NCBI GenBank assembly: GCA_963575745.1
Contig: CAUYUJ010000194.1
Location: 1-64,000 of the forward strand
Direction of reading: 5' to 3'
From: Prorocentrum cordatum
Lineage: Eukaryota
DNA: 64,000 nucleotides
Positions 38,251 through 49,482 of the stretch are shown piece by piece. The notes under the pieces were generated by a model. It saw only the letters and a program-made list of their open reading frames with translations, ran no database searches and was not told the origin of the DNA. The translations under genes were made by a program, and so were the position numbers. How positions within the stretch are numbered: the first letter of the stretch is position 1; each line of letters starts with the position of its first letter.

Positions 38251-39559
38251 AGTAGTCGCAAGGGTGGTCGTAACAGTACTTCTCGCGTCGCATTCGCCTG
38301 GCAACGTTATGTGATTGTTCGCACATGTGTTCCTCGCCCCCGTTGTTCTCGCTGTTTCGAACGGGGATTCGCGGAACGGGGCGCCCCCCCAGGTGCCTCT
38401 TATCTTCGCGCTGGCGCCGGCAATGTGCACCCAGGGGGGCGTGGGTTGAAATGAGTGGAGCAGGAAGGATGTGGAGTGGCGTTCCGCTCTGAAGCGCCCT
38501 CACAATCCAGCGAAACCGCAACCCCTCCCAGGGGGCACCGCGCGGGCTGGACCAGGCACATGCGGCGCCCTATGTCGGCGCGCACATGTGAAAGGCCAAT
38601 GTTTGTGTGTCTGTCGGGGAATCCTGGAACACCCACCGCCCCGTTGGCTCGGCGGCATCCAAACGCGCGGGACGCCTTCCTGGTAAGGTCCCCGGGGGCC
38701 CCCGGGAGCATCTGGAGGCCTCCAAGAGCCGTCGGGCCCCGAAGAGCCCCCCTCACCCACCGAGAGGCCACCAAGAAGACCCCTCCCCCAAGAAGGCCCG
38801 ACATGGCAAGCAGAAGGCCCCAAGAATTCGTCCGACTGACCCCCCAGAAGACCGCAGGGAGCCTCCCAGAGAAGCCTCGCGTGCACGACATTGGCCGAAG
38901 GCCACTGGATATGGAAGTACAACATTTTAAGCAGAAATCTCTTTGCATCTGATGGTACGCGCCGGTGCCGCTGCTGCGAGCACGCTGCCCCATCAGCAGC
39001 ACAAGGATGGTTCGGACTGGGCTTGCCAACCGTACGAACAACGAGTACCACTGCGAAGGAGCTGCTCCTGATCGTGGACGCAACGCTCGAGCCCATACTG
39101 AACCCGTCCCTCCTCTGTGCAGCCGGCCGGCCCGCGCACCCGCCGTTCCCGTGCAGCCAGCCGGCCCGCGCTGCCCGGCATCGGAAAGGTTGTTCCACTC
39201 TGGAGCTCTGGCGCCCGCGACCCGTAGACTGACCCCAAGCCCGCCCCCCAGACCGCATTGGAAGAATCACGGGGCCCATCGGGAGGGGCCGCAGGTCGCG
39301 ACCTTGCACGATGTCCACGCGTCCTTACGCGAGCAGCCACGCAAAAGCGGAACCCACCGAGATTGTCCTAGCGGTCGTCCTGACGCCCATTGAGCCTGAC
39401 GACAAACCCTCCTTGATCATCCCTTCACACCCTCCATGGTCCACGCACGGCCCGAAACTACGCAGAAAGACGAAGGAGAGCGGAGAAAGCAGGAAGGACG
39501 AGGCTCTCGAGGATTGTCCAGAGGCGAGCCTGAGGCACCCCGGTGCCCCCAGGGGCGGG

Positions 39560-40920
39560 CCCGAGTAAAAAAAGTGGGAGCATCGAAAAGACGCGTTGTT
39601 GTCGGAGGGCCGGCTTCGGCGAGACCCCGAAACGCCTGGGCGTGAGTTTCGATATCAAAGTAAATGCAGCCGGCGCCTGGGCGAAAGCCCGAGGGCGTAT
39701 TGAGGGGGGCCAACAACGACAATGATATTTGTTTAGTAATGAAAGCTCAACAGGGACTCCTCTGGAAGCCCTCCAGGGGTGTTGCCGCCACGAGGGCCCC
39801 AGTCTTCAGTGAAAACTGCGGCATTGTCACGCGAAAGCGCCGCGGTTGTAGGGGGCGGGACGTTCGCGGCGCCGAGGCGAAAGCGCCGATCCTGAGTAGA
39901 AGGAAATATCGAACGGGAACGCTGGTTTGGTGGGACCGGCATTCGGCGGCGAGCAAGAGCACCTGGCCTGAGTCAAAAAAGGGGTATCGAACGGGAGCGG
40001 TGGCATGGGCTTTCGGCAGCAAGGCGAGATCGCCAATCCTGAATAAAAAGCGTGGAAATATCGATCGGAACACAGGTTTGGTGGGAATGCCAGCTTTCGG
40101 CGGCGAACAAGAGCAGCGGGGCTAAGTAAAACAGGACCAATATCGAACGGACCCGCTGGTTTGCTGGGGAAGCCGGCTTTCGGCGGCGAGCAAGAGCACC
40201 GTACCTGAGTAGACAAGGAGGAAATATCGAGCGGGAGCAGGAGGAGCGAAGATTCGGAAGGAGGAGGAGGAGGAGGAGGAGGAGGGGGAGGAGGAGGAGG
40301 AGGAGGAGTAGGAGGATGAGGAGGAGGAGGAAAGGAGGAGGAGGAGGAGGGGGAGGAGGAGGAGGGAGGAGGGAGGGAGGGAGGAGGAGGAGGAGGAGAG
40401 GAGGAGGAGGAGGAGGAGGAGGAGGAGGAGGAGGAGGGGGGGGGGGGGAGGAGGGGAGCAAACGGGCCCGACGCGGCGGAGCCGCGTCGGGCCCTCAGTC
40501 TTGAGTAAACGGCCCTCAGTCTTGAGTAAACGGCCCTCAGTCTTGAGCAAAGGGCCCGGCCGGAGCACGCGCGGCGGCCGCGCGACGGGCGACCCGAGAT
40601 CGCGACAGGCGACCGGGGGCGCCGAGGCGACCGAGCGCGGAGCGCTGGCGACCGGAGGGCCCCCAGTCTTGAGTAAAGGGTGAGGGCTCTCGGCGGCGAG
40701 CAAGAGCACCGAGCCCGAGTAAAAAAGGAGGAAGTCTCGAGCCGGAGCGTTGTTGTTGTTGGGGGGCCGGTTTTGGCGGAACCCCAAAACGCCTGAGCGT
40801 GAGCCTCAATTTCAGAGGAAATGCAGCCGGTGCCTCGGCGAGAGCGCCAGGGCGAATATAGGGGGTCCAACAATAATGATTGTTTAGTAATTAAGGTTCA
40901 ACAACAACAACAACAACAAC
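39560..40920 (+). mobile_element. Diverged subfamily of the AAC-jointed element: two R-like modules (39595-39751, 40749-40899) around ~60-bp CGGCGGCGAGCAAGAGCACC repeats
   Basis: Both modules start GTTGTTG and end GGGGG.CCAACAA...TCAAC; the second is preceded by GAGGAAGTCTCGAGCCGGAGC, like the 42-bp arm. Confidence 0.55.
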
Positions 40921-42929
40921 CACAAACCAAATCTATATATATATATATATATACATATAAGCGATCGGGCTTCGTGCGTGCCCAGGGCGAAGTGGCGCGG
41001 GCCACGCGAGCTCGCTGCGTGGAGGGCGAAATTCAGCTCCGCTCCGACAGGGAGTCGCACAGTGGGCGGGATCGGGGTAGGGTGTTCATGCGGTACAGCC
41101 AGCTGGTCTTCAACAAGTACTCGGCGCAGTTCGATGCGCGGTACTGTCGGCGCCTGCTCTCGCCTGCCTGCGCTGCGCGCGCAGGGAGGAGTATTACTGG
41201 GCTCGCGACACAGACCCGGACTTGGAGGGGTGGTTGGGGGGGGCGGCGGCGCGGCGCGCGGCGGCGGTAGCTGCGTCGGGAGACAAGGGCGCCGCGCTCG
41301 GCGGAGCGGGCGGCGACGTTGCTGGGAGGCGCCGCAGAAGGACGGCGGCGCGGGGGGGGGTGCGCCACGAGTGCCGCGAGCGGCGGCAGGGGCGCAAGGC
41401 GTCGCAGTAGGAACGAGACCAGGCGGAGGGTGCCGGAGCTATTCCTGCGTCAGATGGCCAGGGCGCTGCGCGCGGCGGCGAGGGCGGCGACGTCGCGGGA
41501 TGCGCGGCACAGGAGGGCGGCGCGGCCGCGGGCGGCGGGCGCGGGAGGCGACGAGACGTCCAAGGTGGAGGCTGCGGTTGGGGCGCAAGACCTCCGAGGC
41601 CGAGGCCGCGGGAGCTGGCCCAGGGCGCGGGGTCGCGGGAGACGGGCGCGCCGGGGCGAACGCGGCGGGGGCGGCGAAGGCGTCAAAGCGAAGGAGGCTC
41701 GGGCACAAGACGCCCGCCGAAGAACGGGCCGAGACGAGCGGCGCAGGGCGCGGGGGCGCGGAGGAGGCGCTCGGCGCCGAGGTCGCGGCGGCGATGGCGG
41801 GGCTTTCGGCGTCCGAGCATGACGACGACTTGTCTGCGTCGGATCGCGAGGTCGCGTCGGAGGACGTCGCGCTGCCGGGCGAGGCGCGCGCGCCGCTCGG
41901 CGCGGACCTGCCCGGCGCGGGGCTGCCGCAGAGGCGGACTTGGCGGTGGCGCGAGTGGTGGCGCGGACTGGCCTCGAATGGGACGGCGGGGTGCGAGCGC
42001 GTGGACAGCGGCGTCGGTGCCTCTCTGAGGGGGATGCGACTGCCGCAGCTGGTCGCTGCAGCGCGCGATTAGATGATGTCGCGGCGACAATGCTGTCGCG
42101 CGGCCGCGCGCATTGAAGGGTCCGACGGGAAAACGCTGCGGGGGGGGCTGATGGAGTCCAAGCAACCAGGGCGCTGCAGATGTGCGCTGCTAGAGCTGGA
42201 GGGTTGCGCGCAGGGTCGCGACGCAAGCAAGGCGCGCGCAGAATGGGAAGAGGTCGTCGTGGATGGAACTTCCGTTGGCGCTCGCAGTGGCCTTGGGTGC
42301 ATTTCGAGTGTATCATGTTGCAGACGCCAGTCGTGGGCGAGGGTCGCGCGACGCAGTGGCAGTCGGCGCGGTGCTGCGACAGGCCTGACAGGGGGGGGGC
42401 GCGAAGGATTTCCGGGCTGCGCCAGCGCGGGTCGCGCATCGCGGCTGGGTTCGCAGCGAACGCGGTGCCAGACGACGACGTGGTCGTCTTGCCCGCGGAG
42501 CGGCCTGCCAGGTGCCGGGAGCTGTAGACATGGCAAGAGATTCGTGGAAGGACGCAGGGCCCGAGCATGCGCCCTTTCTCCATCTGGGTGGGCCAGCTGC
42601 AGGAGGGCGCGGGAGTGGCGGGACTGCTAACGCAGGGTCGACGCGCTACAGCGGGGTAGCTGGAGGCGCGGCCGTGGAGCTCGAATTCGAGGGCGCAGAG
42701 GAAGCGCTGCCGGCACGGTGATTTGGGCGTGGTGATCCGGGCTCAGCGGGCGATTCAAGGGCCGGTCAGTCTGGTGCGGTGGAGCCATTCCGCCTGGTGC
42801 GGAGGCCTGGATCTTCGTTTGCATGCTCGCTTGACGAACAGGGGGCAGCGGCAATTGGGGCGATCGGTCGGAGGCCGCGTGGCTGCGGGAGACGCGGCGC
42901 AGGGGTGCATGCTGCTTACGCTGAAGACG

Positions 42930-43508
42930 ATGCCGCTGCGCGTGGCAAAGTACGACGCCAAGCTAAGCCACGCGTCCGCGCGGGCTGCGAAGGCAGCGCA
43001 GGCGGTCCTCACGCGCGGGGTGAAGTTTACGTGCCACGAGTGCCAGGAGCGGCTACCGGCGTTCACCATGCCTTCGAGCCGCTGGATGAGCTCTCGGAGG
43101 AGACGTTCCTGCTGCGGCACGCCGAAGATGTGCTGGCCGCGCGCAAGACGGAGGTGGCCTACCGGCCAGACGACTTTGCTCTGGAGCGCGCGGGCGCGCG
43201 CATGCGGCACAGGCAGAACCTTGACAGATTTGCGGCCGCGCCCACTGAGGACGATCTGCATCAGGTCTATGCGTACTGATCGACCAAGGCACGCTCAGAG
43301 GGCCTGCTCATTGCGCTAGACCACGTGTCCCGGACGGGTCTGCGCAAGTTCTGCAGGCACACCGTCTCCTTCCCGCAGGACGTGACAGGGCTTGCGTGGC
43401 GTCACAAGCTCATCGAAGGGATTTGCGTCGGAGGCAGCGCGAACTGGGCGCGCGGGCCTGGCGAGCGCCCAGACAGCCCAGACTGGTCCGAGCGCGGAGC
43501 GCCATGAC
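42930..43508 (+). pseudogene. Probable Helitron Rep/helicase N-terminal remnant (CxxC plus DUF6570-like motif)
   Basis: FTCHECQERLPAF, then after frameshift and stop, EGLLIALDH...TGLRKFCRHTVSFPQDV, resembling the EEMLIA...ISFPQD motif of Helitron proteins (from memory; needs an HMM search). Confidence 0.45.
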
Positions 43509-46500
43509 ATCCATGGAGCGCTGGGCATTTCCTCGTCGGGTCGCGGACTGGAAGCCGGCGGCGCCACGTCAACCTTGGTTGTTTGCATTGCGCAGAGCCG
43601 CAGGCCTGAGTCCGGACCTAGCTCGAACAGTAGACCGAATTCAGACATCTGGATGCAACAGACGAACGCGCCTGATGATTCTGAATCGGTTTCTGTAAGT
43701 ATCAGCTCTGTGGCTGTCCTACAGTTCGAGTTAAGTACAAAAAACCAACAACGCCTATCAAGATGACTCAAAACGGCCGATCCCGCCGCAACACTTTTTG
43801 GCAGTGATAGCTACCCGATCGAGCTGAGATCAAGACGGCGAGCGGGAATAAGATCGAATATGGTCAGAACAAATACTAGAGCTCTAACGAATGGTTGAAT
43901 TTCGAGAACCAAATTTTCAACCGACCAAAAGTCAGCAAAAGGTGCGTCGAGATTTTTCTTGCCAACTAGCTCTCCAGCGCCCCTGAATTATTCTTAAGCT
44001 TCCAGCAACTAGCTAAGGGAAGCTCTACGAGTTATCTCACAATGTTTGCCCAACCGGCCCAAAGTTCGCACATTGTCCGTCGGGGCCGGGTTGGCCAACT
44101 AGCTGCACCCGCGACGGAATTCCTCTATCGATGCCGAAGAGCTCTACGAGGTAAAAACCGACCCCAAGTCACCATTGGTAGCGTCCAAAACCGGGAGAGC
44201 GAAGAGACCCTCGGGGACGGGAAATTGGTAGCGTCCAAAACCCGGAGAGCAGAGAGACCCTCGGAGACTGGGCGCCGGCGGTAAACCGTCAACCCTTCTC
44301 ACCGCCGGGAGACTCGCAGAGCTTCCTTTCCATATATTATGTCCAAAGAAGTAGCAGGGGACGAATATCTTTTCAGTCCGAGCGCTGATAGCAGACTGAT
44401 CTCAGGCGTCTAGATACTATTGCCGCTGATAATTCCCTTCCCATTGTTGTGCTGAACAGATCCAGCCAAGCGGCGCCTCATGATTTCCATCTCATTTATG
44501 TGCCAAAGATCTCTCAAGTTAGGTGAAGAAATTCACCGTCATTTCGAAGAAAAATCGGTCCAGTACGAATAATTTTGCGACCTAGCTCGAGTAGCAGACT
44601 GAGTTCAGAGCTCTGAGTGCTTCAGAAGAACGCGCCTGTGATTCTGAATCGATTATGTGTGCGTACAAGCTCTGTAGCTGTGCTAAAGCTCGAGTTAAGT
44701 ACAGAAAAGCAACAGCTGCCTGTTTTAGATAACTCGAAAAATACAAATGGTTTCGCGGACCTAGCTCGAGTAGCAGACCGAGTTCAAATCTCTCGATGCA
44801 ACAGACAAGCGCGCCTGATGATTCTGAATCGGTGTCTGTGAGTACCAGCTCTGTAGCGTTTCTACAACCGAGTTAAGTACTGAAAACCGACAGCACCTGT
44901 CAAGATGACTCGAAGAATACGAATAGTTTCGCGGACCTAGCTCGAGTAGCAGACCGAGTTCAGACCTCTAGATGTAACTGATGAACGCTCTACGTATGCG
45001 CATCAGCTCTGTAGCTCCTCTACAGCTCGAATTAAACACCGAAAACCGACAGTATCCGCCAACAAAATTCGTAGAATACGAATAGTTTCGCGACCTAGCT
45101 CGAGTAGTAGACCGAGTTCAGACCCCTAGATGCTAGAGACAGACGCGCCGGATGATTATGAATCGGTGTCTGTGAAGACCAGCTCTGTAGCTCTCCTACA
45201 GCCCGAGTTGAGTACAGAGAACCGACAGCACCTATCAAGATGACTCGAATACTCAAATAGTTTCGCGGACCTAGCTCGAGTGGCAGACCGAGTTCAGACC
45301 TCTACATGCAACTGACGAACGCACCTGATGAGTCTGAATCGGTTTCTGTAAGTATCAGCTCTGTAGTTGCTCTACAGATCGAGTTCAGCACAAAAAAACC
45401 GTCAACGCGTATCAAGATGACTCGAAACGGCCGATCCCGCCGCAACGCTTTTTGGCAGTAAAAGGTACCCGATCGAGCTGAGATCAAGATGACGAGCGGG
45501 AATAAAATCGAATACGGTGGGAAAAAATACTGGAGCTCTAACGAATGGTTGAATTTCGAGAACAAAATTTTCAACCGACCAAAAGTCACCAAAAGGTCCG
45601 TCGAGATTTGTCTTGCCAACTGGCGCCGGCGGTAGACCGTCAACCAGGTTACCGCCGGAACCCTCGTAGAGCTCTTTTCTCGCACGATGCTTTTCGGAAA
45701 ACGTGCAGAAGCGAGAATCCAAAAACTAGAAAAAGGACGTTTTTCTGTTTTTATCCAACGTCGGTTGCTCCAAGTGTTTTTATAATAATACTGCACCTAC
45801 GGGCCTGAGAATTTCAGAGGCGCACGCGTCATAACCCACTACAGGTGCGAAAAATCTGGTTTCTGAAAATGAATTGTCAAATATCTTTCAAATTCTGGGA
45901 ACACCGACCCGAAGTTGTCACATTGTCTCTTCTCGTCGGGTCGACCAATTGGGCGTCGGCGGTAAACCGTCAACCTTTCTCATCGCCGGGGGACTCGTAG
46001 AGCTTCCTGACCATATATTATGTCCAAAGAATTAGCAGAGAACGAATAGTTTTTCAGAGCGCTGATAGCAAACTGATCTCAGGCGTCTAGTGATATCCCG
46101 TTGCTGTGCTGAACAGTTCTATAGCTCATCTGCAGCGTGTAGAAAATACCAGTACGGAGAAAATAGCAGAGTACGAATCCGTGTTTGGCGTCTGCGCTCA
46201 CAACAGACCCAAACCAAGCGTCTAGATGCTTCGCGCCTCACGATGTCCTTCTGATTTTTCGGCCGAAGAGCTCTCGAGCTGCTCTGCAGCTCGAGTTCAG
46301 TGAAGAAATTGATCATTTGGAAAAAAATTGTCGGTCGAATACGAATAGTTTTGTGAACCTAGCTCGGATAGCAGATCGAGTTCAGACCTCTCGATGCAAC
46401 AGACGAACGCTCCCAATGCTTCTGCATCAGTTTCTGTGCGTAGCAGCTCTGTAACTCTCCTACAGCCCAAATTCAATACAGAAAATTGACAACATCTGTC

Positions 46501-48238
46501 AAGATGACTCGAAGAATACGAATAGTTTTGCAAACCTAGTCCGAGTAGCAGACCCAGTTCAGAGCTCTGGATGCAACAGACAAACGTGCCTGATGATTCG
46601 GAATCAGTTTCTGTGCGTATGAGCTCTGTAGCTGTCCTACAGCCCGAGTTGCGTGCGAAAACGGACAGCACCTCTCAAGATGACTCGAATGATACGAATA
46701 GTTTCGCGGACCTAGCTCGAGTAGCAGACCGAGTTCAGACCTCTGGATTCAACAGACGAACGCGCCTGATTATTCTGCATCGTTTTCTGTGCGCATTAGC
46801 TCTGTAGCTTCCCAGGAGCTCGAGTTAAGCACAGAAAACCGACAGTCCCTGTCGAGATGACCCGAGCGATACGAATAATTTTGCGGACCTAGCTCGAGAA
46901 GCAGACCGGTTTCAGACCTCCACATGCAACAGGCGGACGCGCCTGATGTCTCCTAATCGGTTTCTGCGATTACCAGCCCAGTAGCCCCCCTACCGCCCGA
47001 GTTAAGTACAGAAAACCGACAGCATCTCTCAAGATGACTCGAACAATACGAACAGCTCCGCGGACCTAGCTCGGGCAGCAGACCGAGTTCAGACCTCTGG
47101 ATGCATCAGACGAACGCGCCTGATGATTCTAAATCGGTTTCTGCAATTATCAGCTCTGTAGCTCTCCTACAGCTCGAGTTAAGCACAAAAACCGTCAACG
47201 CGTGTCAAGGTGACTCGAAACAGCCGATCCCGCCGGGATGCTTTTTGGCAGTAATATCTACCCGATCGAGCAGAGATTGAGACGGCGAGAAGGAATGAGA
47301 TCAAATATGATGGGAGCTCTAACGAATGGTTGAATTTCGAGAACAAAATTTTCAACCGACCAAAAGTCACCACACGGTCCGTCGAGATTTTTCTTGCCAA
47401 CTAGCTCTCCAGCGCCCCGGAACTGGGAGCCGGCGGTAAACCGTCAACCAGGTTACCGCCGGGGGCCTCGTAGGAACACATGGAAAGAGCTTCATCAAGC
47501 GTTAGCTGTTGATATCAGTTGAAAACTCGAGAAATATTGTTTCTGGGTTTTACGCAATGTCGGTTCCTTCTGATCTTTTGATAGAAATAATGCAGCTAGA
47601 GCCCTGAGAATTGCACCATCGAACGCGCCATGATTCACTGCAGAGAATAAAGATCTGGATTTCCAAAACGAATTTCAAAATCTCTCACAATCTCCGAAAA
47701 ACCGACCCCAGGTTACCACATTGTCCACCCGGGCCGGGTCGGGCAACTCGCCCCGGCGCTGAACCGTCAACCTGGTCACCGTCGGGAACCTCGTAGAGCT
47801 CTTTACACTGGTAAGGGTGCTCAGAATCCAAGTAGAGTCATAAAATAAAGATTCCCCTAAAATCTTGGTTTTCGATTTTTTCGATGTTCATATTGTCTCG
47901 GTTCCGGGAAGTCAACTCTTGATAGTATACATCGGGAGAGCTCAGCTGCTGTCAGAGAGAAGTTTATATGCCAATGATCGGCGTAAAAATCTGCTTCCTC
48001 ACAATGAATTGTCAAATATCTTTCAAATCTTCGCAAAACCGACCCAATGTTAACACATTGTCCGCCCAGGCCGGGCCCGCCAACTAGCTCCACCCCGCGC
48101 CGGAATTCCTCTAGCTAATCGATGCCGAAGAGATCTACGAGGTACTAGCTCCACCCTGCGCCGGAATTCCTCTAGCTCATCGATGCCGAAGAGCTCTACG
48201 AGGTATTACTGGCGCCGGCGGTGAACGTCAACCTGGTC

Positions 48239-49482
48239 TGCGATGTCTGCGTTGGCCGATTCGAGCTCCCTGGACAGCAGGCCAGGACACAGAGAACCTA
48301 AACAGCGAAGCTGCAAAGATTAAAGCAGAGATGCATTCAAACAGCGAAGCTGCACAGATATGCACAAGACTGCAAGTACACGAGAAAACAACTAACAAAA
48401 TAATGAGAGAAGCAATGCAGACCATAGATATGGAAGCAAAGCTAGAAGCAGTGAGAGACCACACAGTAACCACTGGTTTATACAGCGATTACCGTCTCAA
48501 CACCACTGAGAAAAACACGAAACTAAGAACTAAAATAGCGAGTGCGCTACAAAGTAATGCGAGACCATGCAGTAACCACATATAGCGATTACCGTCTCAG
48601 CACCACTGAAAGACAATGCACGTGAAACACAACGTCGAAATGTGGACTAGATAACGAATTAAGAGGGCAACATACAGAGTGAGCCAAGACACCCACCACT
48701 ACATAGAGCGAATGCGGGCTCTTATCCGAACAAAGTGAAGATCAGGCGAAGCTCTTATTCAACACACGTGCATGCACGACAACACACACAGGCATGAAGA
48801 AAGGCAACGCAATGACAAATCACAATAGTTCGAACACGAAGTATGTGGAAATCAAGTGCAATGAAATCTGAACTTCACTCGAGGCGAAGTATAAAATCGG
48901 ATGCCCAGAGACCTCAATATCAAGATACTCTAATGTCACAAAACTGTCAAAGTACCTCAACGTTGAAGAAACCACACGTGTACAAGAGCAATAATGAAAC
49001 GAAAGAAACGATTCCAACCACCCCTCGAAGGTTCCCACTGCGTTGTGAATAAGAGTACTCAGACTGCGACCAAAGTCAAAATTGGATACGTGCTGAGAGC
49101 AACTCGTACAAGATAACAAATGCGGCAAGTACAATCACAAGCGGCCTGGAAGTGCAAGCAGACAACGCAACAAGTACAAAACAAGCGGCCTGGAAGTACA
49201 GGAAAACAAATGCAGCAAGTACGATCAAAGCAAGCGGCCTATGCACCTGCTCCAATGGGAGCTGTCTCACTTGACACAACAGAGAACCTGGTGCCTATCG
49301 TCTGTAGGCCCACGGAGTGGAGGTCGTCGCAGACGACGAAATACCCGAAGATATGGGACGGTTCAGTGGCGTACGATACGTGTGCGTGCACAGAAACCTG
49401 TCCGCACAATGCGGCTCGGGGAAGCCACCGACGGGCCAGGTCGCCGCTGAACTCCCCCAGGAGGGACAGCAGCAACCTGGTC
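48239..49482 (-). mobile_element. Inserted element, copy 1 (short), inside a hairpin
   Basis: Bounded by CAACCTGGTC at 48229-48238 and 49473-49482; both ends are homologous to copy 2. Confidence 0.75.

Noticed and set aside
38260..39540. Decayed DIRS-type RT on the minus strand (VLLMG/LPMG-like words)
   Set aside because: No xxDD or other ordered motifs could be traced.
44800..44905. Hammerhead ribozyme (retrozyme) or C/D snoRNA in the 177-bp monomer, suggested by CTGATGA
   Set aside because: I could not form stem II, GAAA, stem III and NUH in the right geometry. CTGATGA is often mutated (CTGATGT, CTGATTA), and CTGA lies too close for a C/D pair.
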